From Rhodospirillales bacterium (GTDB taxonomy: Bacteria; Pseudomonadota; Alphaproteobacteria; MPNO01; UBA2964), in contig JAYOLL010000001.1 of assembly GCA_038120295.1 (NCBI GenBank), positions 205,140 through 269,139 of the forward strand: 64,000 bases of DNA. The letters are read 5' to 3'. A program made the translations under genes and the position numbers. Positions 16,937 to 26,041 of the stretch are shown here, in pieces. Within the stretch, counting starts at the first letter, position 1; each line of letters opens with the position of its first letter. The notes under the pieces were generated by a model. It was given only the letters and a program-made list of their open reading frames with translations, did not search any database and had not been told where the DNA came from.

Positions 16937-19270
16937 ATGGCTATATCGACCCCTACCGGAATCGGGGCACCGCTGCCGCGGGCTGAGGACAGGCGTCTGC
17001 TGACCGGCGAGGGGAGCTACAGCGACGATATTTCACGTCCCGACCAGCTTCATATCGCTATGGTTCGCAGTCCCCATCCGCATGCGGAACTGTTCGGAGT
17101 CAATGCGACGGCGGCGAAGGCAATGGCTGGCGTGATCGATGTTCTGGACGGGGTCGACTGGCGCGCGGACGGTCTCGGTCCGATGCCGGCCTGGGGCAAC
17201 CCCAAGGATGTCGAACTGAAGAATGCCGACGGCTCCCCGATCTTCTATACGCCGCTCTGGCCGGTTGCGGTCGATCGCGTTCGTCGCGCAGGAGAGATCG
17301 TAGCCGTCGTTATCGCTGAAACGGAAGCGGCGGCCCAGGAAGCGGCGGAAGCCGTGTCACTCGACTGCAAGATTCTTCCCGCTGTCGTCGACCCTGAGGC
17401 CGCCCTGGCGGACGGCGCGCCTCTCCTGTGGAAAGAGGTTCCCGGCAACCTCAATTTGCGGGACGAGAAGGGCAATCGCGAGGCTACCGACCTGGTGTTC
17501 GAAAACGCCTGGCAGACGGTGTCGTTCGAGAGCTGGAACCAGCGCGTCACGGGCGTCCCAATGGAGCCGCGCGCGGCTCTCGGCGAATACAGCGACGGAA
17601 AATTCCTGCTCGAAGCGGGCGGGCAGGGCGTCATCCGGTTCCGTAACGAACTGGCCCAGACCTTCGGCGTCGATCCCGCCCACATGCATGTGATCACCCG
17701 TGACGTCGGTGGGGGGTACGGGACGCGTAACCACACCTACCCCGAATTTGCGCTTGTGCTATGGGCGGCGAAACGGATCGGCCGGCCAGTAAGATGGGTA
17801 TGCGAGCGCTCTGAGGCGTTCCTCAGCGACTATGCCGGGCGTGACCTGCATATGACAGTGGAGGTCGCACTCGACTCCACCGGCCGCATTCTAGCCATGC
17901 GCAATGGGAATACCGCCAATATCGGCACTCATACGATCAGCTATGTACCGCTGGCGCGCGGGCCGACGGTCTATAACGGGGTCTACGATATCCCGGTGGC
18001 GCACATTGTGTCTTCTGCGGTTTTCACCAACACGACGGCCACGGCATCCTATCGTGGGGCAGGGCGACCGGAAGCCATGTTCCTGATCGAACGGCTGATG
18101 GATGTCGTTGCCGCAGAAACCGGGATTGACCGGATAGAACTGCGCCGCCGAAACATGATCCCGGAAGACCGCATTCCCTACAGAAACGCAGTGGACGTTT
18201 CCTACGACAGCGGACGGTTCGAGCGGTCGATGGACATGGCGCTGGCGATGATCGGCTGGGTTGACGCGGACGCGCGCAAGATCGCGGCGAAGGAACGGGG
18301 AAAGTTGCGGGGCATAGGCCTTGCCAACTATATCGAGACGGCGACCGGCTACCCGCAGGAGCGCGCCGAGATGGAAATCATGCCGGGCGGAATTGTGGAT
18401 CTGATAATGGGGACGCAGTCGAGCGGCCAGAGCCATGAGACGACCTATCCGCAGGTCGTCTCGGATTGGCTCGGCGTACCGTATGACAGCGTTCGGCTGC
18501 GCACGGGCGATACCGACTTCGTGTCCGCCGGGTCCGGGTCCCATTCATCTCGCTCGATGAAGCTTGCCGGCCATCTTTACCGTCAAACCGCGGACGACAT
18601 CATCGAGCGCGGCGCCCAGATTTCAGCGCATCTGCTTGAGGCGTCGCGCGAAGATATCCTCTTTCATGACGGTCAGTTTGAAATTGAGGGGACCGACCGG
18701 TCTGTGCATCTGTTCGACGTCGCCCGCGAGGCGACCGGCGAGAACGTACCGGAGGAACTGCGTGGGCCTCTGCGCGCCGTGGCCGAAATCGCGGCGCCTC
18801 TTCCGACCTATCCAAACGGCTGTCACGCGGCAGAAGTCGAGATCGATCCGGAAACCGGGGTGGTGGAGATCGTTGTCTATGTCGGGGTGGACGATCCCGG
18901 CACCGTGATCAATCCGCTGGTGGTCGACGGTCAGACCCATGGCGGCGCAGTGCAAGGGATCGGGCAGGCGCTGATGGAAGCCTGCACCTACGATCCGGAC
19001 AGCGGACAGCTTCTGGCAGGCTCGTTCATGGATTACGCCATGCCACGCGCAGACGATGTGCCGTCTTTCGATACCGCCTTCAACGAGGTTCCGGCGCCTT
19101 CGACAGAGCTCGGCGTGAAGGGCGGCGGTGAAGGGGGCGCGACGGCGGCTCCGCCCGCGATTGTCAACGCGATCTGCGACGCGCTGTTGGAATACGGCGT
19201 GCGCCATATCGAAATGCCGGCCACACCAGAGCGCATCTGGCGGGCCATTCGCGATCATCAAACAGGCTGA
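16937..19270 (+). CDS. Xanthine dehydrogenase/aldehyde oxidase-family molybdopterin-binding large subunit (orphan)
   Basis: 777 aa from ATG 16937 (MAISTPTGIGAPLPRAEDRRLLTGEGSYSDD). MoCo-binding segments (GGGYG, SYRGAGRPE, C-terminal GVKGGGEGG). Starts 4 nt after the UbiD stop. Confidence 0.85.
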   Translation: MAISTPTGIGAPLPRAEDRRLLTGEGSYSDDISRPDQLHIAMVRSPHPHAELFGVNATAAKAMAGVIDVLDGVDWRADGLGPMPAWGNPKDVELKNADGSPIFYTPLWPVAVDRVRRAGEIVAVVIAETEAAAQEAAEAVSLDCKILPAVVDPEAALADGAPLLWKEVPGNLNLRDEKGNREATDLVFENAWQTVSFESWNQRVTGVPMEPRAALGEYSDGKFLLEAGGQGVIRFRNELAQTFGVDPAHMHVITRDVGGGYGTRNHTYPEFALVLWAAKRIGRPVRWVCERSEAFLSDYAGRDLHMTVEVALDSTGRILAMRNGNTANIGTHTISYVPLARGPTVYNGVYDIPVAHIVSSAVFTNTTATASYRGAGRPEAMFLIERLMDVVAAETGIDRIELRRRNMIPEDRIPYRNAVDVSYDSGRFERSMDMALAMIGWVDADARKIAAKERGKLRGIGLANYIETATGYPQERAEMEIMPGGIVDLIMGTQSSGQSHETTYPQVVSDWLGVPYDSVRLRTGDTDFVSAGSGSHSSRSMKLAGHLYRQTADDIIERGAQISAHLLEASREDILFHDGQFEIEGTDRSVHLFDVAREATGENVPEELRGPLRAVAEIAAPLPTYPNGCHAAEVEIDPETGVVEIVVYVGVDDPGTVINPLVVDGQTHGGAVQGIGQALMEACTYDPDSGQLLAGSFMDYAMPRADDVPSFDTAFNEVPAPSTELGVKGGGEGGATAAPPAIVNAICDALLEYGVRHIEMPATPERIWRAIRDHQTG

Positions 19271-19282
19271 GAGGAAACAGAC

Positions 19283-20014
19283 ATGGCCGACGACAAAATC
19301 CTTTGCGAAAAGAGGGGCGATGCGACTCACATCACGCTGAACCGGGCCGATTGCGGCGGGCTGGTCAGCGATCCGATGGCGGTCGAGCTTGCCGATATGA
19401 TCGACGCCGCGGCGGCGGAGTCGAAATATATCGTGTTCCGCAGCGCGGGCGCCGATTTCTGCCTTGGGCGAGACCCGGAAGGGCGTGAACCCGGCAAGCC
19501 GAAGGATGCACTGGATTCGCGCCGCCGGTCCGAGGTCGTGTTCAATTTTTACGGCGCATTCCGCCGGTCGAAGGTGCCGGTCGTCTGCGCTGCGCAGGGC
19601 CGCTCCCTCGGGTTCGGTTGCGCCATCACGTCGGTCTGCGACATTACCATCGCAGGGGAAAGTTCCACTTTTGCGCTACCCGAGATGGGGCACAACATCA
19701 TGCCGACCATGGCGATGTCGTCGCTGGTCGATCGGGTGGGACGCAAGGGCGCTCTGTATCTGACCTACTCGACCGAGGAAATCGACGCGCAGACCGCGCT
19801 TGCCTACGGGCTGGTGAGCCGGGTTGTTCCCGACGACCGGATCGAGGCCCAGGTGGAGCTGGTCTGCGCCGCTCTCGACAAGGCGCCTCTGCCGGCGGTG
19901 ATGTCGGTCAAGGAATACGCCACCAATGCACTCACCATGAGCATTGAGCAGGCATCCGATTTCGCCCGCAACATGCATGCGGCCGTGAATACGTCGGAAG
20001 GGATGCGGCGGTAA
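19283..20014 (+). CDS. Enoyl-CoA hydratase/isomerase (crotonase) family protein
   Basis: 243 aa. Crotonase fold signatures (FCLGRD, VPVVCAAQGRSLGFGCAI, oxyanion-hole region). Confidence 0.75.
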   Translation: MADDKILCEKRGDATHITLNRADCGGLVSDPMAVELADMIDAAAAESKYIVFRSAGADFCLGRDPEGREPGKPKDALDSRRRSEVVFNFYGAFRRSKVPVVCAAQGRSLGFGCAITSVCDITIAGESSTFALPEMGHNIMPTMAMSSLVDRVGRKGALYLTYSTEEIDAQTALAYGLVSRVVPDDRIEAQVELVCAALDKAPLPAVMSVKEYATNALTMSIEQASDFARNMHAAVNTSEGMRR

Positions 20015-20023
20015 ATTCGACCG

Positions 20024-21430
20024 ATGGCCGCCGGTTACTTTCGCGAACGCCGCCGCCTGGCCGCTGTTTTCGTCGTCGGCGGTCTGGCGGCGATGGCGGT
20101 CGTGCTGGGCGCCTTGTGGAAGTTGTCCGAAAACGCCGGCGGCGGCCATGAATCCTGGCTTGTCGTCGCTTTCGCACTGGCCGGGATCGTCGCCGGTCTG
20201 GCGCTGATCTGGGTGAGGCTCGACAGAACACTGCTCTATCCCCTCGAACGGCTGGAGCGCGAACTCGATACCTTGCTGCATGCGGATCCCAAGCGCGCAG
20301 TCGATCTGGTCGAACCTGGCCTGCTGGGACCGGTCATCGCCAGGATGGAACGCCTTTTTGCGCGCGCGGACAGGAGCAGGCAGGACCTGGCCGCTTCGAT
20401 AGCCGCAGCGACCGCCGCGCTGGAGAGCGACAGATCGAAGCTCGCAACGATCCTCCATGAACTGCCTGATGGCGTCGTGGTCTGTTCGGCTGATCATCGT
20501 ATCCTGCTCTTCAACGCCGCGGCCCGCCAGATTGTGGCCAACGGGGACCGGCTGGGCGTTGGGCAACCAGTCGATTTCTGTTTCGACAGGGAAACAGTGG
20601 CAAGTGCCTTCGACAGGGTCGCTGCGGGCGTTGGACGAGATATTTTGCTCATCGATTTGCCTCAGACAGGCCCCGCCCGCATTGCGGCCTGGCACGGTAA
20701 GGGCGGAGACTGCGAAGGGTACGTGCTGACGATTGTCGCCGAGCCAAACGGTGGCGAGGCGAAGATGAAACGGCTGGCCTACGATTTCGGAATTTCCGGT
20801 CGGCCGGTCGAGGAAACCGGGGGCGATGTGAAGCTCTCGGAGGCGACCTTCGTGGTTTTCGGTATTCTGACCACGGGGCTCCGGCCCGACAGAGGCGACC
20901 GGATCCTCCGGATTGGCGCCGTCAGGGTCTCGAACGGGAAAGTGCGCGAAGAGGAAGTCTTCGAGACTCTGGTCAATCCCGGCCGTCCTGTCCCGCCTTC
21001 TTCAACCCGGCTTCACGGTCTCACCGATGAAATTGTTGCCGATGCGCCCGATACGGTCCGGGCCATTGCGTCGTTTCACGCGTATTGCGGCGATGCCGTG
21101 CTCGTGGCGCAACATGCCGGGTTTGATATGCGGTTTCTGCGTAATAGCCAGCAGGAAGCGGGTGTAGAGTTCCCCGACAGGTTTCTTGATCCCATGCTGC
21201 TATCCTTCGTTCTTCATCCCGGGGAAAGCGACCATTCTCTCGCAGCGCTGGCGAGGCGTTACGGCGTCGATATAGCGGGACCGCACACGCTTAATGAAGA
21301 CGTACGGGGGGCGGCGGAAATTCTGTGCCGGATGGCGCCGCTGCTGGCCGCTTCGGGGATCGAAACGGTCGATCAGGCGATAGAGGCGTGCAGAAAGAGC
21401 ATCGCCAGAAACGGGAAGACGTCGGAATAG
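20024..21430 (+). CDS. Membrane-anchored PAS-domain protein with a C-terminal DnaQ-like 3'-5' exonuclease domain whose catalytic motif is degenerate
   Basis: 468 aa. Two N-terminal TM helices, coiled linker, PAS-like segment (LHELPDGVVVCSADHRILLFNAAARQIV). Exo domain with motif II HAGFDMRFL and motif III HTLNEDV. Motif I reads FVVFGILTTGL where DxETTG is expected. Confidence 0.6.
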   Translation: MAAGYFRERRRLAAVFVVGGLAAMAVVLGALWKLSENAGGGHESWLVVAFALAGIVAGLALIWVRLDRTLLYPLERLERELDTLLHADPKRAVDLVEPGLLGPVIARMERLFARADRSRQDLAASIAAATAALESDRSKLATILHELPDGVVVCSADHRILLFNAAARQIVANGDRLGVGQPVDFCFDRETVASAFDRVAAGVGRDILLIDLPQTGPARIAAWHGKGGDCEGYVLTIVAEPNGGEAKMKRLAYDFGISGRPVEETGGDVKLSEATFVVFGILTTGLRPDRGDRILRIGAVRVSNGKVREEEVFETLVNPGRPVPPSSTRLHGLTDEIVADAPDTVRAIASFHAYCGDAVLVAQHAGFDMRFLRNSQQEAGVEFPDRFLDPMLLSFVLHPGESDHSLAALARRYGVDIAGPHTLNEDVRGAAEILCRMAPLLAASGIETVDQAIEACRKSIARNGKTSE

Positions 21431-21589
21431 GATTCTGCCGGAAGGATCGCCTTTGCCGGCGGTATTTGCTCGATCAGAGCCTGCGACGGGTGCGCCGCCG
21501 GGCCAGTCCTATGGAAAATTCCGCTTGGCGGCTGCTTCGTGAAGCGCGAACATCAACTGTACCCGGGTCAACGTTGTGGGGGATGCGGC

Positions 21590-22471
21590 ATGACAGTCAG
21601 AAGTATTCTTACGGTTCTTGTCGGTGGGGAAGGCGACGCGGCAGCGCTTGGGTGTTCCGTTCGGGTCGCCCGGCATTCCGGCGCCCATATTGCAGCGGTC
21701 TCCGCCGTTTCGTCGAACGGGGCGGTCGGCGATCTCGGGTTGCTGCCCGAAGAGGGCGGAAGCGCGGTCATGCTGGAGTTCGAGAAGCGGGCGAAGGAAC
21801 GCGCCACACGGGCGCGCGCCGCATTCGATACGTTTGTTCGTACCGAAGCGGTTACAATATCCGACAGGCCAAAGTTGGAGGACAACGTTACGGCAAGCTG
21901 GGAAGAAATCGATGACGCGCCCGACAGCGTCGTCGAACATCTCGGCGGGGCCTACGATCTGATCGTCGTCGGGCAGCCGGAACGTGTTTCGGGCGGCATG
22001 GCAGGCAGCGGCCTGCTGAATGAACGGATTTTCGAAACCGCCACCTTTTCGACCGGGCGACCGGTTCTTGTTGCGCCAGCCAAAACGCCGGCCATGCTGG
22101 GTGAAACGGTCCTCATCGGCTGGAACCGGAGCGCCCAGGCTGCGCGGGCGTTTCACGCCAGCAAGGCGCTCCTTCTTAACAGGGCCCGGCGGGTACGGAT
22201 CGTGTCTGTTACAACGGGCGCCAAGGACGGACCGCCCGCCGAACGGATCGCGGAGAACCTGGCCTGGCACGGGATCGATTGCGACGTTCGGGAACTGTCG
22301 CCCGATAACAGATCGGTTGGGACAGTTCTGCTCGCTGAGGCCAGCGCTATCGGTGCGGATCTATTGGTCGCCGGCGCCTATACGCATAGCCGCCTGCGCC
22401 AGCTCTTGCTCGGCGGCGTGACGCAAAGCCTGCTGGCCGAAGCGGAAATCCCGCTGTTTTTCGCTCACTGA
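21590..22471 (+). CDS. Tandem universal stress protein (UspA) domain protein
   Basis: 293 aa from ATG 21590. Two Usp-like halves ending in LVVGAYTHSRLRQLLLGGVTQSLL. Confidence 0.7.
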   Translation: MTVRSILTVLVGGEGDAAALGCSVRVARHSGAHIAAVSAVSSNGAVGDLGLLPEEGGSAVMLEFEKRAKERATRARAAFDTFVRTEAVTISDRPKLEDNVTASWEEIDDAPDSVVEHLGGAYDLIVVGQPERVSGGMAGSGLLNERIFETATFSTGRPVLVAPAKTPAMLGETVLIGWNRSAQAARAFHASKALLLNRARRVRIVSVTTGAKDGPPAERIAENLAWHGIDCDVRELSPDNRSVGTVLLAEASAIGADLLVAGAYTHSRLRQLLLGGVTQSLLAEAEIPLFFAH

Positions 22472-22507
22472 CGGTCGCGAATAGTGGCAGTTTAGGCTTC
22501 TGCGGGG

Positions 22508-22729
22508 TCAGTAGTGCGGGGGCGGCGGCTCCTCTCCCTCAGGGTTTTCCAGCCGGTATGAAAGGGCTTCGAGCGTGGCTTCCAGCCGTTCGATCCGCGC
22601 CGAAAGCGCTTCCATTGCCGTCCACTGTTTCGTCACCACGTCGTTGAGGTCGTCGATCGTACCGTCCCGGTGCGCGATAAGGGTTTCCAGCGCGTCGAGA
22701 CGCTCGGTCAGGCGAGAAAGGTCCGGCAT
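22508..22729 (-). CDS. slyX: SlyX family protein
   Basis: 73 aa coiled-coil. LEERLDALE / LEATLEAL heptads typical of SlyX. Confidence 0.65.
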   Translation of the reverse strand: MPDLSRLTERLDALETLIAHRDGTIDDLNDVVTKQWTAMEALSARIERLEATLEALSYRLENPEGEEPPPPHY

Positions 22730-22737
22730 CGGATCAA

Positions 22738-23274
22738 TCAGAGAGGCCGGGCATATTCGTCGTCGCGACGTTCAGGGGGCTGCTTTTCGGCCTCCCGTTC
22801 GGCAAACCGGATGATGCGTTCGAAAAAGCCGAAAAACCGGTCCATCATCGCCGTCCGTTCTTCCGAACGTTTCTGCCGCTGTTCGGCCCGCTTCTTCTCG
22901 AGCTCCTGGGGTGAGGCGGCCGGAAGTTCGGTGGCGGCGGTCGATTTCGCGCAGATCATGCGATCCGCTTCGAGCCGGCATACCGTGATTTCCCCGGTTT
23001 CCGTATTCAGACGCCAGGCCTGCCCGTTGCCGGTTTTGACGATCTGGTACCGGCCGGCGGATGAGGGGGGGCGGCTGTCCGACGCCGGGGTATCCTCCGT
23101 CGCGACCTGAGGCGGCGGTGCTTTCGCGGCGACCGGTTGCTGGTTCGCGGAGTCGCCTGGCAACACCGGCGCGCCGGCGAAAATACCGGCGGCGATGATG
23201 ACGCTGCCGAAAATGATGGCCTTTCCTGCGGTTGGGCCGGACGATTGGTGGGGGGATGGGCTGTTATCGCTCAT
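22738..23274 (-). CDS. Hypothetical membrane-anchored protein (N-terminal TM helix, Pro-rich linker, charged C-terminus)
   Basis: 178 aa from ATG 23274 (MSDNSPSPHQSSGPTAGKAIIFGSVIIAAGIFAG). 8-bp gap to slyX on the same strand. No recognisable family. Confidence 0.4.
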   Translation of the reverse strand: MSDNSPSPHQSSGPTAGKAIIFGSVIIAAGIFAGAPVLPGDSANQQPVAAKAPPPQVATEDTPASDSRPPSSAGRYQIVKTGNGQAWRLNTETGEITVCRLEADRMICAKSTAATELPAASPQELEKKRAEQRQKRSEERTAMMDRFFGFFERIIRFAEREAEKQPPERRDDEYARPL

Positions 23275-23460
23275 ATCTGTTCTTTCCTGTTCATTGCGAT
23301 CTCCGGTCGCCCTGTTTCCCCGACCGGATACGGATAATGTGGTGATAAACGAGGTTCGATCAACGGAAACCCGCTCCGACCCATGAATTTCCATCTTCCC
23401 CTTATTTATCCCAGTCAATAAAGTGGTTTGCAATTCTGGCAAAACCAAGGCGGATCTCAC

Positions 23461-23775
23461 ATGCTGTTCATGTGCTACGGAATCGATGGTCCTGACGGCG
23501 CCGCGCGGCGCGATCTCGCACGCGAAGAGCATTTCGCCTATCTCAAGGCGAATGAGGATATCATGGTCCTCGGCGGGGCGACGCTCGCCGATGCGGATGA
23601 TACGCGGACCGGAAGCGTTCTGATCATCAATGTTCCCGACCGCGCCGCTGCCGAGGCGTTCGCCGACGGGGAGCCGCTCAGGAAGGCGGGCGTCTTCGAA
23701 AGCTATAAGATTACACGCATGCGACGCGGGCAGTGGTACCCGGAAAACGCGCCGAAAACAGCTGAGGGCGATTGA
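23461..23775 (+). CDS. YciI-like (Dabb-fold) protein
   Basis: 104 aa. MLFMCYGIDGPDG...REEHFAYLKAN...IMVLGGA pattern of the YciI family. Confidence 0.6.
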   Translation: MLFMCYGIDGPDGAARRDLAREEHFAYLKANEDIMVLGGATLADADDTRTGSVLIINVPDRAAAEAFADGEPLRKAGVFESYKITRMRRGQWYPENAPKTAEGD

Positions 23776-23792
23776 GGGTAAGAAGCGGGACG

Positions 23793-24449
23793 ATGCTGCG
23801 AAAACTTGTCTCAGGGATCGCGTGTTTTCTGCTGCTGGCGGGAAGCGTCTCCGCTGCGCCCGTCGTTATCGATTTTTCGGGCTTCGTCGATCAGTTCAAT
23901 CCCGGGCCGCACTCTCCCAACGTGCCACTGTTCGGACAGATCGTTCTCGACGACACTGTCGTTGCGAGCGGCCCCAACAACACTTTCGAAAACGCCATTC
24001 TGAGCCTGACGATAACGGTTCAGGATTCGGGAGGCGACGTGACCTTTACGAGCGCCGGACCGGGCGGCCGGGTGCAGCAGTTCGTCAACAACTCGACCGA
24101 ATTTATCGGGATCAATTTCGGTGCAAATTCAAGCGGCATTATAAACGGAACGGTGGAGGGGGCGTCGGGAACGCTCACGATGACCGATTTCGAGATCGAT
24201 TTTCGCGGCGTAGACCTGTTCGGCGACCCTACCGTTCTGGCGACCGGGCTGACCCAGGCGGATTTCAGCTTTTCTGAACTGACCGTCAATTACAGCACAA
24301 TCGGGCTGGAAGGGCTGATGGTCGAAAGGTCGCTTGATGTCGTCACGTTCTCGACCAGCGAGTCGATCGATGAGCCGCCGATGGCGCTTTTCCTTTCATT
24401 TGCCTTACTGTGGCTGGTCGGGCGGGCGCGTCAGGCGCCCCTCACCTGA
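23793..24449 (+). CDS. Secreted Gly/Thr-rich protein with a PEP-CTERM-like C-terminal sorting signal
   Basis: Signal peptide (MLRKLVSGIACFLLLAGSVSA). C-terminus SIDEPPMALFLSFALLWLVGRARQAPLT, i.e. an EPP motif, then a hydrophobic helix, then basic residues. Confidence 0.5.
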   Translation: MLRKLVSGIACFLLLAGSVSAAPVVIDFSGFVDQFNPGPHSPNVPLFGQIVLDDTVVASGPNNTFENAILSLTITVQDSGGDVTFTSAGPGGRVQQFVNNSTEFIGINFGANSSGIINGTVEGASGTLTMTDFEIDFRGVDLFGDPTVLATGLTQADFSFSELTVNYSTIGLEGLMVERSLDVVTFSTSESIDEPPMALFLSFALLWLVGRARQAPLT

Positions 24450-26029
24450 TCGATCAAGGCGCCGCTATCGTCGGGCAGGGCATCGTCCCGCCACGCGACA
24501 TGAGCGTCCGGCCGCACAAGCACCAGTTTCCGCTCGAAAAGGCGTATCGCATCCTCATTATCGAGGTCGACTATCTTTAACGGTACCTTGTGGTCTATGG
24601 CGGCAGCTTCCAGCGACGCAACATCGGTATCGGCCGCGCCCAGCCGCAACAGCACGAACCCGTCGCCAAACAGATCGAGGGTGGATTTGTCCCCGTCGAT
24701 CCAGCAATGCGGCGCCCTTGTGCCAGGCCGCGCCGACGGCTTGAGTAGATCCGGGCCCTGGGGCGGGGAGGTGCCATCGGCGACGCAGATGGGCGAATTC
24801 TCGTAGCGCATATAGGCGCGGATCTGGTCCGGGATCGACAGGCTGCGCATCAGGGACTGGTCTGCTTCGACAGCGGCCGACAGGCTGTCCGCCGCCGGAA
24901 GGGCGGAGAGGGCGTCGTACGTATCGGTCGACAAATCGACAAAATGCCGGGCGATCGGGCGGCACTCTATTTCGTATGACGGGATCAGGTTCGTCCCGCC
25001 CCAGCCCTTGAACACCGCCTCGAATTTCCAGGCGAGATTGTAGGCCTCGCTCACGCCGGTATGCATGCCCAGTCCGCCGGTGGGCGAGCATTGATGCGCG
25101 GAATCTCCCGCAATCAGGACCCGTCCGGGACCGATTTCCGATCCGTAAGTCCGCGCCACATAGTCGCGCCGCTCCCAGGGAGAGGTATCGATGATCTCGA
25201 ACTCGAAATCCTTTCCCATCATACGTTTGAGATAGGAATCGCCAGCGATGTCGGGATCGTCGTCATGGAAAACCGTCAGGCGCCAGTATTCCTTCCCGTC
25301 GATGGCGATCAGCTCCGACCAGCAGCCGGTTTCATCGACCATGCGGTAGAAGCGCGCCCAGCCCTTGTCGTGCATCGAGGCCAGCCCCGGCGACCGGAAG
25401 AACACGTTGACGCTGGTCGCGATGGTACCCAGCCCGTCGAGCGGAATATCGAGCGCATCGCGAACCTTGCTGCTGCCGCCGTCGCACCCGACCATGTAAA
25501 GAGCGGAAATTACGTATGTTTTTTCGTTTTCGCGATCCAGAACGGTCGCGCGGACGCCGGTTTCGTCCTGCTCGAAGGATTCCAGCTGCGTGTTGTAGCG
25601 AATATCGGCTCTGGGCAGGGACTGCGCTTTCTCGGCCAGAATAGGGTCGAAATAGATCTGTGGGCAGGTACAGGTGCCTTCCGGCGAATATTCCAGATTG
25701 CCGCGCTGCATGTAGGACGGCACCTTGAGCCGCGCCAGCTCTTCTCCCAGCAGCCCGTTGGTGTAGACGAAATCGAGCGGATGGGAGCTCGACCAGACGG
25801 CGTTGCGGACCTTGTCCGCGATGCCCCAGCGGCGGCAGAACTCCATGTTCCGGCCGCTGACTTGGCTCATGCGCGGCACGCGCAGCCTGCCGTCGCGCCG
25901 TTCGACGAGGATGCAGTCGATCCCTCGGATCCCAAGCTCAATCGCCAGCGAAAGCCCAACCGGACCCGCGCCGACGATCAGGACGGACGTCGAAAAACTG
26001 TCGTCACTGATTGCGCTACTGTCAGCCAT
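24431..26029 (-). CDS. FAD-dependent aromatic-ring monooxygenase (PheA/TfdB family)
   Basis: 532 aa. N-terminal GAGPVGLSLAIEL dinucleotide fold, GCDGGSSKVR, and GRVLIAGDSAHQCSPTGGLGMHTG FAD motif. C-terminal thioredoxin-like extension. Confidence 0.85.
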   Translation of the reverse strand: MADSSAISDDSFSTSVLIVGAGPVGLSLAIELGIRGIDCILVERRDGRLRVPRMSQVSGRNMEFCRRWGIADKVRNAVWSSSHPLDFVYTNGLLGEELARLKVPSYMQRGNLEYSPEGTCTCPQIYFDPILAEKAQSLPRADIRYNTQLESFEQDETGVRATVLDRENEKTYVISALYMVGCDGGSSKVRDALDIPLDGLGTIATSVNVFFRSPGLASMHDKGWARFYRMVDETGCWSELIAIDGKEYWRLTVFHDDDPDIAGDSYLKRMMGKDFEFEIIDTSPWERRDYVARTYGSEIGPGRVLIAGDSAHQCSPTGGLGMHTGVSEAYNLAWKFEAVFKGWGGTNLIPSYEIECRPIARHFVDLSTDTYDALSALPAADSLSAAVEADQSLMRSLSIPDQIRAYMRYENSPICVADGTSPPQGPDLLKPSARPGTRAPHCWIDGDKSTLDLFGDGFVLLRLGAADTDVASLEAAAIDHKVPLKIVDLDNEDAIRLFERKLVLVRPDAHVAWRDDALPDDSGALIDQVRGA

Positions 26030-26041
26030 TCCTGGTGGTTC

